DNA from: an uncultured Chloroflexia bacterium
Lineage (GTDB): Bacteria > Chloroflexota > Limnocylindria > Limnocylindrales > CSP1-4
DNA: 64,000 nt
Direction of reading: 5' to 3'
Assembly: GCA_963813535.1 (NCBI GenBank)
Contig: CAWEZH010000002.1
Location: 512,001-576,000, forward strand
How positions within the stretch are numbered: position 1 is the stretch's first letter; every line of letters starts with the position of its first letter. Positions 30,601-41,070 of this stretch are shown here, piece by piece. A model generated the notes under the pieces. It saw only the letters and a list, made by a program, of their open reading frames with translations. It had not been told where the DNA came from and searched no databases. A program made the translations under genes and the position numbers.

Positions 30601-31384
30601 CGACGCTGAGTCGCCTGACGACACCTCGGCGCTCGAGGCCGCTTTGGCGGCCGTCGCGCTCCGCTGGGAGAGCGAGGCTCCACCGGCCGAGGCACCGTCA
30701 GCCGGCCGGCTCGGGCAGCTCCGGCGCCGATATCACGAGCTGGGTGCATCGAATCCGTTCGCCGTCGAGGAGTACGCGGAGCTCAAGACTCGCCTCGAGT
30801 CGCTCGAGACGCAGGGCGACGACCTCCGAGAGGCGATCTCGAAGACCCGCGAGCTCATCGGCGAGCTCGACGAGATGATCGCAAGTCAGTTCCGGACGAC
30901 CTTCGCAGCGCTCGAGACGGCCTTCGAGCGACGGTTCGAGCAGTTGTTCGGCGGCGGGTTCGCCAAGCTCTCGCTCACGGACCCGAGCGATCTCGGCTCG
31001 ACCGGTGTCGAGATCGTGGCGCGACCGCCGGGCAAGAAGCCGCAGGCCCTGGCCATGCTGTCCGGAGGTGAGCGCGCGCTGACGGCCGTCGCCCTGCTGT
31101 TCGCCATGCTCGAGGTGCGACCCGTGCCGTTCTGCGTCCTGGACGAGGTGGACGCCGCGCTCGATGAGGCCAACATCGGCCGCTTCGCGGAGGCGCTGCG
31201 ATCGCTGGCCGACCAGACCCAGTTCATCGTCATCACCCACAACCGCGGCACCATCGAGGCTGCCGATGCGCTGTACGGCGTGACGGTCGGTGACGACTCG
31301 GTGTCGCGGGTGATCAGCCTGCGTCTCGACGAGGCGCAGGCGCTGGCGTCGGAGCATCGCGGCGAGCTGACCGCGGCAGGCTGA
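27683..31384 (+). CDS. smc: chromosome partition protein SMC
   Basis: GFKSFA, GPNGSGKSN, long coiled coils, LSGGE, LDEVDAALD, ITH; rnc-smc-ftsY order. Confidence 0.95.
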   Translation: MASTPAPPRLLALRVQGFKSFAERTNVEFGGGISAVVGPNGSGKSNLADALRWALGEQGRALRSRKSEDVIWAGSEKRTAQGMADVTLTLDNADALLPVDFQVIEFGRRLYRSGENEYLLNKQRVRLRDLIDLLDAAHLADNAFLFIGQGMVDQALALRPEERRPLFEEVAGVRRHERRRRKAEDQLAESEANLSRVDDILAELRPQARRLAAQAEQQTARSSIADELASALLASTHARWHEAAARLAAATERRTSAEADTARAMAELEEAEAVAAGLAGELSTRADAERDRREAHETARVALTELQLRDGRLGSELDAIERDRTRLADERAAAEAELTLHRRAIAAPVPARDLDLEAAVTAAERELADALAELATLRSRSTARGEELAAVRRAEAAKTAEEETTRRRLAEAERQAATERSAAEASAARRDEATARSETARRALEFALGAERSAQAAVETTRAALETAVAERAAAAERLASASSAAAALRGRVESLASQLDEDERRPIARAARKSGGRRLDEDLVVDPDLRAAVEAALADRARAYLVRAAAVTDLTGERGRLVVEERLTAGSGAQDAATRRWLDSVAGAGGGRLADAVRRDAAGGVRRLLDRVVWLPDLATCLDLQHVMPAGWLAVARDGSAVVDDTGVALGAPDGALERRADHVRLATDLERIDAELDDLRTMADATAGTTTRARSAFDAARAELARLAGERRRSEEGERSDVRDTETATREAAWHAAQHERLEADVARLRAEVPVASDEVAGADAGGSDEDGSATAAWEARATELRDRRDRLAARLGANDGARRDAEHARARAEASSSIAEERIGRADRESTALVDRETSLAADHDRIRGELATATTREREAREALASLHSADAADRSLLADAERAASTARDKLRSADDRARAADHAELEARLGLESLKEGVLVELAGLGDLGFASLGITRPEPPPAPDPPSVDEVRVEDADAADADGPEADAESPDDTSALEAALAAVALRWESEAPPAEAPSAGRLGQLRRRYHELGASNPFAVEEYAELKTRLESLETQGDDLREAISKTRELIGELDEMIASQFRTTFAALETAFERRFEQLFGGGFAKLSLTDPSDLGSTGVEIVARPPGKKPQALAMLSGGERALTAVALLFAMLEVRPVPFCVLDEVDAALDEANIGRFAEALRSLADQTQFIVITHNRGTIEAADALYGVTVGDDSVSRVISLRLDEAQALASEHRGELTAAG

Positions 31385-32495
31385 TGGCGTTCTGGCGACG
31401 CCGGCGAGAGGAGCCGGATACGGCGGCACCGGCGCCGGATGCATCGGATCCGGCCGATCCGACGACTGGGCCGCCCCTCGAGCAGAGCGCCGCGCCATCC
31501 GACGAGCAGCCGGACACGGAACCCACGATAGCCCGACGTGCCCGCGTACGCGCCGTTCGACCCGACCGCGTTCCTCGCGGTCGCGCCGGCCCACACGCTC
31601 GACGAAGGGCTCGAGAAGACCCGTGGCACCTTCATGATCGCAGCTCCGCGGCTACCTCGGGGCCGTCGACGGCCCTGCCTGGGATGAGGTCGAGGAGACG
31701 CTGATCGCCGGTGATGTCGGTGCAGCGCTGGCCATCGATCTCGTCGATCGAGCACGCGCCCGGCGTCATCCCGACGGCCCCGAGGGCGCGATCCGCGAAG
31801 AGCTGACGGCGCTCCTGGTCGAGCGCGATCCGGACTGGTCACCGCAGCCCCCGGCGAGCGGCGGGCCGGCGGTCGTGCTGGTGGTCGGCGTGAACGGGAC
31901 GGGCAAGACGACCACGATCGGCAAGCTCGCCGCGCGCTACATCGGGGAGGGGCGGTCGATCATCCTCGCCGCCGCGGACACCTTCCGAGCCGCGGCCATC
32001 GACCAGCTGCGGATCTGGGCCGACCGCGCCGGGGTGCCGGTCGTCGCCCACGCACCGGGCGCCGACCCGGGCGCCGTCGTCTACGACGCCCTCGATGCCG
32101 CGGTCGCCCGCAACGCCGACCTGGTCATCGCCGACACGGCCGGGCGGCTGCACACGAAGTCGAACCTCATGGACGAGCTGATCAAGGTCCGCCGGATCGT
32201 CGACAAGCGGCTGCCCGACGCGCAGCCGGAGACGCTGTTCGTCCTCGATGCCACGACCGGCCAGAACGGCCTCGCGCAGGCGAAGGCCTTCCACGAGGCC
32301 GTCGGTCTCACCGGGATCGTGCTCACGAAGCTCGACTCGACGGCCAAGGGCGGCATCGTCTTCGCGATCGAGGACGGGCTGAAGGTGCCGGTCCGGTTCG
32401 TCGGGGTGGGGGAGGGGATCAACGACCTCCTGCCGTTCGACCCGGAGGCGTTCGTCGCGGCCCTGTTCGGGGAGGCTCAGGCGCCCACCGGCTGA
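31384..32495 (+). CDS. ftsY: SRP receptor FtsY, split by two apparent single-base insertions (about 31530 and 31637)
   Basis: Reconstructed N domain [15 protein letters not shown]...[14 protein letters not shown]; G domain [32 protein letters not shown]. Confidence 0.9.
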
Positions 32496-33787
32496 TCGCG
32501 CTCCACGTCGAGTGCCACCTCGGCCGGCGTGCGCCGATCCATCGATGGCAGCTCACGGAGGGAGCGTACCGGCGACCAGTACAGGATCGCTGCGGCAAGC
32601 AGACCGCCGAGCGGCGCGAGGAACGACGTCAGCCGCAGGCCGATCACCTCGGCGAGGAGGCCCGCTCCGATCGTCGCGACGAGTTGTGCGCCAGCCGAGG
32701 CCACCTGGAATGTGGAGGTGACCCGGCCAAGCTCCCTGTCAGGCACGAGCGACTGGCGGACGGAGGTCTCGGTCACGTCATAGACGGTGATCGCCGAGTC
32801 CGCGACGAGCTGCTGCCCGAGCAGGAACGCGAGGGCCACCAACGGCAGACCGGCCGGCGCCAGCGGGATGAGCAGGTTGCCCAGCGCGGCGAGCAGCATC
32901 GCCCCGATCGCGACCGGGCCGACGCCCCAGCGCTTCGTCGAACGCGTCGCCACGAGCGCGCCGATGAACGACGACGCGCCGCCCACGCCCGCGATGATGC
33001 CGATCTGCGCCGGCGTCACACTGAGCTCCTCGAGCGCGAAGAGGAACCACGTCGCGCCGAACACGCCCCATAGCATCGACATGAGCATCTGGGCCCCGAC
33101 GAACGCCCGGAGCACCGGGCTGGCGCGGACCACCCGCAGGCCGTGGCGGATCTCGTCGAGGACCGGCTCGCGTTCGGAGTGGGGCGGTGGCGGCGCCTCG
33201 GGCGTGCGCACCGTCAGCAGGAGGACCGCGGAGATCAGGTAGGTGACCGCGTTGATGACGATCGTGATCGGGCCGGTCAGGAGCTGGACGAGGAACCCAG
33301 CGATGCCGAACCCGGCGAACTCCGCCACCGACCCGCTGGCGGCCAGGGCGCTGTTCGCCTCGACCAGCCGCTGTCGCTCCACGATGGTCGGGAGGTACGC
33401 GTTGTCGGCCGCATCGAAGAACGTCGTCAGCACGGCGGCGAGACCCGCGACGGCGATGAGCTGCCACAGCTGGAGCGTCCCCAGCACGAACGAGATCGGG
33501 ATCGATCCGAGGAGCACGGCTCGACCGAGATCGGCCCAGATGAGCACCGGGCGCCGGCGCAAGCGATCGACCCAGGCGCCGGCCACCAGCCCGACGACGA
33601 GTGCCGCGGCGACGTCCATGCTGCGCAGGACCGCGACCTCGATGGCCCCGGCTCCCAGTATGAGGATCGCGACCAGCGGTAGTGCGATGCGGGTGATGAG
33701 CGACCCGAAGATCGAGATGCTGGCGGCAGCCCAGACCCGGACGAAGGCGTGGTTGCTCCAGAGGGGCGAGGCGAAGGGATTTCGCAC
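32477..33787 (-). CDS. MFS transporter (DHA3/MFS_3-like)
   Basis: About 12 TM helices; GAWVDRLRRRP motif A; RQ..VP..ELGRV. Confidence 0.9.
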   Translation of the reverse strand: MRNPFASPLWSNHAFVRVWAAASISIFGSLITRIALPLVAILILGAGAIEVAVLRSMDVAAALVVGLVAGAWVDRLRRRPVLIWADLGRAVLLGSIPISFVLGTLQLWQLIAVAGLAAVLTTFFDAADNAYLPTIVERQRLVEANSALAASGSVAEFAGFGIAGFLVQLLTGPITIVINAVTYLISAVLLLTVRTPEAPPPPHSEREPVLDEIRHGLRVVRASPVLRAFVGAQMLMSMLWGVFGATWFLFALEELSVTPAQIGIIAGVGGASSFIGALVATRSTKRWGVGPVAIGAMLLAALGNLLIPLAPAGLPLVALAFLLGQQLVADSAITVYDVTETSVRQSLVPDRELGRVTSTFQVASAGAQLVATIGAGLLAEVIGLRLTSFLAPLGGLLAAAILYWSPVRSLRELPSMDRRTPAEVALDVERDQPVGA

Positions 33788-33998
33788 GAGCGCGCAGCAT
33801 AGCGGTGCGCCCGTCTGACCCGCGTCGTGGTGCGTTGGCGCCCACGTCCGGGACCATCGTCCCGGGCGCGTCCCAGCCGACCCTGCGTTACACTGCGCCC
33901 GCCTCGGTGCGTCAGAACTCGCGCACCACCCGACGCGCCGTCGCAGACCTGCGGTCGACGCGGCGGTCCATCACCTGCACCGGAGTCCCGATCCGACC

Positions 33999-35333
<1,335 letters not shown>

Positions 35334-35352
35334 TGCCGGGGGAGACCACGCG

Positions 35353-37218
35353 ATGACCGATCCCAACCGCCCCACGACCGATCCCGGGGCGACACCACCT
35401 CCTACCGCGCCGGCGCCTGGGCCAGCCCCGGACACCGACACCACGGCGGTACCGGTGCCGACCTCCGCCATCCGGCCGCCGCCCGCCTCGGGCACGCCAC
35501 GACCGAGTCGGGTGCGCTGGGTCGCCGCCGGCGTGTTGATCGCCCTTGTGATCGGGATCACTGGGCTCGCGACGCTGGTGCTCACCAGCTCGCAGACCTC
35601 GTCGGTCGTGCTCGGGTACGTCCCGACGGACAGCGTCGCCTTCGGCGAGCTCCGCCTGGACCTGCCCGGCGACCAGCGCCAGGAGGTCGGCGAGTTCCTG
35701 TCGAAGTTCCCGGGCTTCGCCGATCAGGCGGCGCTCGAGTCCAAGCTCGACGAGGTCCTCGATCGCCTCGTCTCGCAGGGGACCGACGGAAAGCAGACGT
35801 TCACCAAGGACATCAAGCCGTGGTTCGGCGGCCAGCTCGGGTTCGCGGTCGGACCGATCCCGGCCGGCGGCGCCCAGGGAGCCTCAGCGGGTGACGCTCG
35901 TGCGCTGATGATGCTGTCCGTCAAGGACGCGGCACTCGCGCAGGCGTGGTTCACCTCGACCATGCAGCAGGCCGGCGTGACCGCCACGACCGAGACGTAC
36001 AACGGCGCCACGCTCACCGTGTTCACGGACGCGAAGGTCGTCGATGAGCAGGCAGCATTCACCATCGTCGACGGCAAGGTCGCGCTGGCGGGCGACATCG
36101 CGTCCGTCAAGGCCGCGGTCGATACCAAGGGCAGTAGCGCCCTCGCGAAGAGCGACGCGGTGACCACGGCGCAGGCGGCCCTGCCCGGGGACGACATCGG
36201 CTCCATGTTCCTCGACGTCAAGGCGCTCTTCGAGGCCACGACCGAGGTGGTCGGCTCGGCCGCGTCGGTACCCCCGCTGGCCGACACGATCTCGGTCGTC
36301 CTGCCCGACTGGACGGCGATGCGCGTCCGCGTCGAGGGTGACGCCCTCCGGCTCGATGCGGTCAGCCAGCACAAGGCAGAGATGCCCGGACCCGATCAGA
36401 ACCGCGCGAACGGCGTGGCGGGCTTCGCGCCGCCATCGACCGTCGCACTGGTGGCCGGCAACGACCTCGGCACGACCCTGAAGGAGTGGATCGCCCTGTA
36501 TCGGGACGACCCCAGCCTCGCGGACACCTTCACCCAGCTCGACCAGGCCGCCGGCATGCTCGGCGGGCTCGACGCCCTGCTCGGCTGGATGGGCGATACG
36601 GGCGTGGTCATCGCCCCGAGTGGCGACACCGTCGAGGGCGGCGTCGTGTCGATCCCCGCGGACGCAGCGGCCGCCAAGCAGCTGCTGACGACGATCCGCA
36701 GCTTCCTCCAGTTCGGCGGTGCCCAGGGTGGCATCACCATCACCGACGAGCAGTACAACGGTCAGACCATCACGGTCATCGACCTCGGCGACCTGAGCGG
36801 GCTCGCGGGGATGGCCGGTGCACTCGGTGGCGGGGTGCTCCCCACGCCGCCATCCGGCATGCCGACGACGAACGTCCAGCTGGCCTATGTCGCCACCGAC
36901 GAGGTGATCGCCATCGGCAGCTCGCCCGACTTCATCAAGCATGTGCTCGATGCCGGCGCGGGTGCCTCGCTCGCCGACGACGCCCGCTACACCGACCTGC
37001 TCGGGCGGGTCGATGCCAGCCACAGCGGTGTCAGCTTCCTCGACCTGGCCGCGACCCGCGGGCTGATCGAGAGCAAGATGGCGACCGCATCGGCCGCCGA
37101 GAAGGCGGAGTACGAGGAGTCGATCAAGCCGTTCCTCGAACCACTCGATGCGCTCATGTCGACGGCGACCGTCGGCGGGAGCACCGACCAGACGCACACG
37201 ATCATCACGGTCAAGTGA
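35353..37218 (+). CDS. membrane-anchored DUF3352-like protein
   Basis: Pro-rich N-terminus, single TM helix, F.KDIKPWFGG motif, two repeated beta-rich modules (ETYNG/EQYNG). Confidence 0.7.
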   Translation: MTDPNRPTTDPGATPPPTAPAPGPAPDTDTTAVPVPTSAIRPPPASGTPRPSRVRWVAAGVLIALVIGITGLATLVLTSSQTSSVVLGYVPTDSVAFGELRLDLPGDQRQEVGEFLSKFPGFADQAALESKLDEVLDRLVSQGTDGKQTFTKDIKPWFGGQLGFAVGPIPAGGAQGASAGDARALMMLSVKDAALAQAWFTSTMQQAGVTATTETYNGATLTVFTDAKVVDEQAAFTIVDGKVALAGDIASVKAAVDTKGSSALAKSDAVTTAQAALPGDDIGSMFLDVKALFEATTEVVGSAASVPPLADTISVVLPDWTAMRVRVEGDALRLDAVSQHKAEMPGPDQNRANGVAGFAPPSTVALVAGNDLGTTLKEWIALYRDDPSLADTFTQLDQAAGMLGGLDALLGWMGDTGVVIAPSGDTVEGGVVSIPADAAAAKQLLTTIRSFLQFGGAQGGITITDEQYNGQTITVIDLGDLSGLAGMAGALGGGVLPTPPSGMPTTNVQLAYVATDEVIAIGSSPDFIKHVLDAGAGASLADDARYTDLLGRVDASHSGVSFLDLAATRGLIESKMATASAAEKAEYEESIKPFLEPLDALMSTATVGGSTDQTHTIITVK

Positions 37219-37266
37219 GACGAGGTCCCCAGCCTCCTCGATAGTCCAAGGAGGGACGACGCACCC

Positions 37267-37521
37267 ATGGCAGTCCGCATCCGCCTGACGCGGGTCGGCG
37301 CGACCAAGCAGCCGAGTTACCGGCTCGTGGTCGCCGACGCCCGCAGCGCGCGTGACAGTCGCGCGATCGACACGATCGGGCACTACAACCCGCGCACCGA
37401 CCCGATCGAGCTCAACGTCGACGAAGACAAGGCCAAGGCGTGGCTCGCGAAGGGCGCCCAGCCCTCCGACACCGTCACCCGCCTGTTCAAGCGGGCGGGC
37501 ATCCTGCCCGCCGGCAAGTAG
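37267..37521 (+). CDS. rpsP: 30S ribosomal protein S16
   Basis: MAVRIRLTRVG..KQPSYRLVVAD...GHYNP...GAQPSDTV. Confidence 0.97.
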   Translation: MAVRIRLTRVGATKQPSYRLVVADARSARDSRAIDTIGHYNPRTDPIELNVDEDKAKAWLAKGAQPSDTVTRLFKRAGILPAGK

Positions 37522-37530
37522 GAGCACCCG

Positions 37531-37764
37531 ATGGCAGCCAAGGATCTGGTCGAGTACGTCGCGAAGTCGCTGGTCGACGATCCCGACGCCGTCAAGGTCG
37601 ACGTCATCGAGGAGGACGGCGCGACCGTCATCGAGCTCCACGTCGCCGACGACGACATGGGCAAGGTCATCGGGCGGAACGGCAGCGTCGCCAAGGCGCT
37701 CCGCACCCTGCTCAAGGTGACGGCCGCCAGGGACGGCGAACCCGTCCAGCTCGAGATCGTCTGA
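37531..37764 (+). CDS. khpA: KH-domain RNA-binding protein KhpA
   Basis: LVDDPD.V, DMGKVIGRNG; rpsP-khpA-rimM order. Confidence 0.92.
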   Translation: MAAKDLVEYVAKSLVDDPDAVKVDVIEEDGATVIELHVADDDMGKVIGRNGSVAKALRTLLKVTAARDGEPVQLEIV

Positions 37765-37777
37765 CCGGACGGCCCTC

Positions 37778-38398
37778 GTGGCTGAGGACCAGCCCGCGTC
37801 GGCCCAGCGCCTGGTCGTCGCGCTGGTCCGCGGGCTGCATGGCCTGCGCGGCGCCGTCCGGGTGGAGGTCCTGACCGACCGACCCGAGGACCGCTTTCGC
37901 CCGGATGTCGTGCTCTACCGCGAAACGTCCGACGAGCCGCTCACGATCGCATCGGCCGAGCCCGTCGCCGACGGGCCAGGCTGGCGACTGCGGTTCCGTG
38001 AGATCGCGACGCGCGAGGAGGCGGACGGACTCCGCGACGCCTACCTCGAGACGGTGGTCCATCCGGTCGCGGATCTCACCCGCGGCGAGGTCTACTGGCA
38101 CGAGGTGCTCGGCGTGACCGTGCGGGGCCTGGATGACACCGAGTTGGGCGTCGTCGAGGACATCTATCGGGTCGGCGAGAACGAGGTCTACGTCGTTCGC
38201 GGCGAACCGTTCGGCACCTTCGACCTGCCTGCTGTGCGCGCCTTCATCCGCATCTTTGCCCCGCGGAGGGGCGAGATCGTGGTCGATGTCGACGCGCTCG
38301 ACCTCAAGCCGCCGAAACGGAGGCCGCCGCCCGGTGAACGGCCGCGGGCACCGCGGCGGGCGACGCGTCGGCCTCGACCGCCGGAGGGCGTGGCGTGA
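37778..38398 (+). CDS. rimM: ribosome maturation factor RimM
   Basis: [28 protein letters not shown] barrel. Confidence 0.92.
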   Translation: MAEDQPASAQRLVVALVRGLHGLRGAVRVEVLTDRPEDRFRPDVVLYRETSDEPLTIASAEPVADGPGWRLRFREIATREEADGLRDAYLETVVHPVADLTRGEVYWHEVLGVTVRGLDDTELGVVEDIYRVGENEVYVVRGEPFGTFDLPAVRAFIRIFAPRRGEIVVDVDALDLKPPKRRPPPGERPRAPRRATRRPRPPEGVA

Positions 38399-39069
38399 CC
38401 CTCGAGATCGACGTCCTGGCCCTGTTCCCGTCGATGGTGTCCGGGCCGTTGTCCGAGAGCATCCCCGGCCGGATCCTGGAACGGGGTGTCGCGACGGTCC
38501 GGGTCCACGATCTGCGCGAGTTCGGCCTGGGTCGTCATCGATCGGTCGACGACACGCCGTACGGCGGTGGCGCCGGGATGGTCATGCGGGTCGAGCCGGT
38601 CGTGGCGGCGATCGAGTCGGTCCGCCGGTCCGAGTCGCTGGTCATCCTCCTCGACCCGGGTGGCGAGGTGTTCGGCCAGACCCGGGCATCCGACCTTGCG
38701 ACCCGCGAGCACCTCGTCTTCGTCTGTCCGCGCTACGAGGGGGTCGACGAACGGATCCGCGCATTCGTCGATCTCGAGCTGTCGATCGGCGACTACGTGT
38801 TGACGGGCGGGGAGCTGCCGGCGGTCGTCGTGATCGACGCCGTGCTGCGGCTGTTGCCCGGAGCGATCGACGAGGCGTCGACGGACGAGGAGTCCTTCAG
38901 CGGAGGGCTGCTGGAATACCCGCAGTACACGCGTCCGCCGTCGTTCCGAGGGATGGAGGTCCCGCCGATCCTCACGTCGGGCGACCACGGTGCCGTCGCG
39001 GCGTGGCGCCGGGAGCGATCGATCGAGCGGACACGAGCCCGCCGCCCGGACCTGCTGCCCGAGGACTGA
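38395..39069 (+). CDS. trmD: tRNA (guanine37-N1)-methyltransferase
   Basis: [40 protein letters not shown]. Confidence 0.97.
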   Translation: MTLEIDVLALFPSMVSGPLSESIPGRILERGVATVRVHDLREFGLGRHRSVDDTPYGGGAGMVMRVEPVVAAIESVRRSESLVILLDPGGEVFGQTRASDLATREHLVFVCPRYEGVDERIRAFVDLELSIGDYVLTGGELPAVVVIDAVLRLLPGAIDEASTDEESFSGGLLEYPQYTRPPSFRGMEVPPILTSGDHGAVAAWRRERSIERTRARRPDLLPED

Positions 39070-39092
39070 CCAGCGGCCGCGCGTCCGACGCG

Positions 39093-39101
39093 TGGTATAC
39101 T
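39093..39101 (+). promoter_or_regulatory. putative extended -10 element TG-G-TATACT for rplS
   Basis: Near-consensus element in the trmD-rplS spacer. Confidence 0.6.
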
Positions 39102-39182
39102 CCGCCGCCGGTCGCCCACCACGCGGCCCTTCCCATCGCCCGACCCGCAGCTTCGGCTGCCCATCATTCAAGGAACCGCCGC

Positions 39183-39527
39183 GTGAACGTGCTCGACGAG
39201 ATCGTCCAGGACCAGCTCCGTACCGACCTGCCCGAGCTTGCGACGGGTGACACGGTCAAGGTGTCCGCCAAGGTCGTCGAGGGTAACCGCGAGCGCATCC
39301 AGGTCTTCGAGGGGATAGTCATGCGCCTGCGTGGTGGCGGCATCACGCGGTCGATCACGGTCCGGCGCATCGCGTCCGGCGTCGGTGTCGAGCGGACGTT
39401 CAAGATCCATAGCCCGCGCATCGACAAGATCGAGGTGCTGCGCCACGGCGAAGTCCGCCGCGCGCAGCTGTACTTCCTCCGCAAGCGCGTCGGCAAGGCC
39501 GCCACCCTGCGCGAGCGCCGCAGCTAG
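39183..39527 (+). CDS. rplS: 50S ribosomal protein L19
   Basis: [38 protein letters not shown]; GTG start after AGGAA. Confidence 0.96.
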   Translation: MNVLDEIVQDQLRTDLPELATGDTVKVSAKVVEGNRERIQVFEGIVMRLRGGGITRSITVRRIASGVGVERTFKIHSPRIDKIEVLRHGEVRRAQLYFLRKRVGKAATLRERRS

Positions 39528-39587
39528 TCGCCCCGCCTGGCTGATGACCGCGACCGCAGGTCGCGACCCGCGGTACCCTGATGGCCG

Positions 39588-40361
39588 ATGGCCGTCATCG
39601 TCCCGACCCTCCGCCACGAACGCCGTCTCTGGAACGCGGGTCTGACCCGCGTCGTCGGGGTCGATGAGGTCGGTGTCGCTCCGACGTGTGGCGCTGTCGT
39701 CGCCGCGGCCGTGATCATGAAGCCCGGCTGCCATCGGATCCCGGGCGTCCGCGACTCGAAGACGCTGTCGATGCAGCAGCGCGACCGACTCGCACCTATC
39801 ATCCGCAAGCGCGCCGTGGCGATCGGCGTCGGTGCGGCCTCGGTCCGCGAGATCGACCAGCTCAACATCTATCACGCGACCCATCTCGCCATGCGCCGGG
39901 CGATCGCGCGCGTCGGCGACCACGAGCATGTCATCGTCGATGGCAACCGGATCGTCGGCTTCGAGCAGCAGGTCGGGCCGTACTCGAACGTCATCGACGG
40001 AGACGCCAAGGTGTATTCGATCGCATGCGCGTCGATCGTGGCCAAGGTGGTACGGGACCGGATGATGATCAAGCTGGCCGCCCGGTACCCGGGCTACGGC
40101 TGGGAGCACAACCAGGGCTACGCCACGCGGGACCATCGCGACGCCATCCGCGCCCTCGGGCTGACGCCCTTCCATCGGCGCTCGTTCCTGGCCCTCCAGC
40201 GAACGCTGGCGGGCGATCAGCTCGACTTCGACCTGCTCGGGGATCCCGCGGCGTCCCCCGAGCTCCACGAGATGCTCGACCGCGAGCTCGTGCCGGTGAT
40301 GGCCGATGACGCGGCCCTCGATGCCGACGATCTCCTGGCCCTCGAGGCCGCATCCGCCTGA
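39588..40361 (+). CDS. rnhB: ribonuclease HII (divergent GRG motif)
   Basis: GVDEVG, DSKTL, IVDG, GDAK..SIACASIVAKV.RD, GY.T..H, HRRSF. Confidence 0.92.
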   Translation: MAVIVPTLRHERRLWNAGLTRVVGVDEVGVAPTCGAVVAAAVIMKPGCHRIPGVRDSKTLSMQQRDRLAPIIRKRAVAIGVGAASVREIDQLNIYHATHLAMRRAIARVGDHEHVIVDGNRIVGFEQQVGPYSNVIDGDAKVYSIACASIVAKVVRDRMMIKLAARYPGYGWEHNQGYATRDHRDAIRALGLTPFHRRSFLALQRTLAGDQLDFDLLGDPAASPELHEMLDRELVPVMADDAALDADDLLALEAASA

Positions 40362-40411
40362 CATAAGCGCGAGCGAAGTCGGCGATACGTGACGGTCGAC
40401 CGGCGCTCGTC

Positions 40412-40837
40412 ATGATGCGGGGCATGGAAGAGTCGACCGTCTCGCCGACGCGGACCGCTGCTCAGCAGGCAGGTGACACCGCCGAATCGCTGGTCCTGGT
40501 CCGCCTCCTCGACGCCGGTTGGACCATCCTGGCCCGGAACGTCCATGTCGGCCGTCATGAGCTCGATCTCGTGGCGGTCGACCCGGGTCCTCCGACGACC
40601 CTCGTGATCGTCGAAGTGCGCTGGCGCGCGTCGCGCGGCTTCGGATTGCCCGAGGAGACGGTCGACCATCGCAAGCGCAGACACGTCCGGATGGCGACAT
40701 ACGGCCTGCGAGATCGTGGCGTGCTGCCGGACGGGAGCCCGCTACCACGCTTGCCCGTGCGGTTCGACCTCGTGGTGGTCGAGCCGGCGACGAGGGGAGG
40801 GGACCCGACCGTCCGCCACCACCGCGCGGCGTTCTAG
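40412..40837 (+). CDS. YraN (UPF0102) family nuclease (start may be 40424)
   Basis: G..AE, ILARN..GRHELDLVA, VEVR.R, RFDLV. Confidence 0.88.
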   Translation: MMRGMEESTVSPTRTAAQQAGDTAESLVLVRLLDAGWTILARNVHVGRHELDLVAVDPGPPTTLVIVEVRWRASRGFGLPEETVDHRKRRHVRMATYGLRDRGVLPDGSPLPRLPVRFDLVVVEPATRGGDPTVRHHRAAF

Positions 40838-40885
40838 GGTCACACCGGCGGCCTCCTGACCAGCCGCCAGGGGTCGGCGAGACCC

Positions 40886-40896
40886 TGTGCTACACT
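40886..40896 (+). promoter_or_regulatory. extended -10 promoter TGTGCTACACT of rpsB-tsf
   Basis: TGTG-n-TAnnnT followed by a GC-rich discriminator, as in known rpsB promoters. Confidence 0.65.
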
Positions 40897-40965
40897 CCGC
40901 GCCGGTCCGGCCCAGCACCGGTCCAAGCACACACGATCGCCCGCCGGCCACGGCCGAGCGGAGCT

Positions 40966-41052
40966 CACACGCGGACCGTTCCCACCGAGGCGGTGCCGGC
41001 CGATCCACGGCCGGTCCCCGGCGAGCAGCGAGGGTCCGCGGAGGAACCAACC
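40966..41052 (+). ncRNA. rpsB leader (t44 / S2 autoregulatory RNA)
   Basis: CACAC-GCGGACC...CGGTGCC...GGTCCGC-GGAGG-AACCAACC: paired stem and flanks resemble t44. Confidence 0.65.
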
Positions 41053-41070
41053 GACAGGAGGTCGCCCATC

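Noticed and set aside
31520-31645. Programmed frameshifting in ftsY
   Set aside because: There is no slippery heptamer and two separate shifts are needed, so indel errors are the simpler explanation.
33800-33998. SRP RNA upstream of ffh
   Set aside because: I could not find the SRP domain IV (GGAA tetraloop/AGCA) motif. Only a TACACT -10 element at 33889 is evident.
38133-39182. 464-aa ORF suggesting an N-terminally extended L19
   Set aside because: The upstream part is an off-frame overlap of rimM/trmD. rplS has its own promoter, SD and GTG at 39183.
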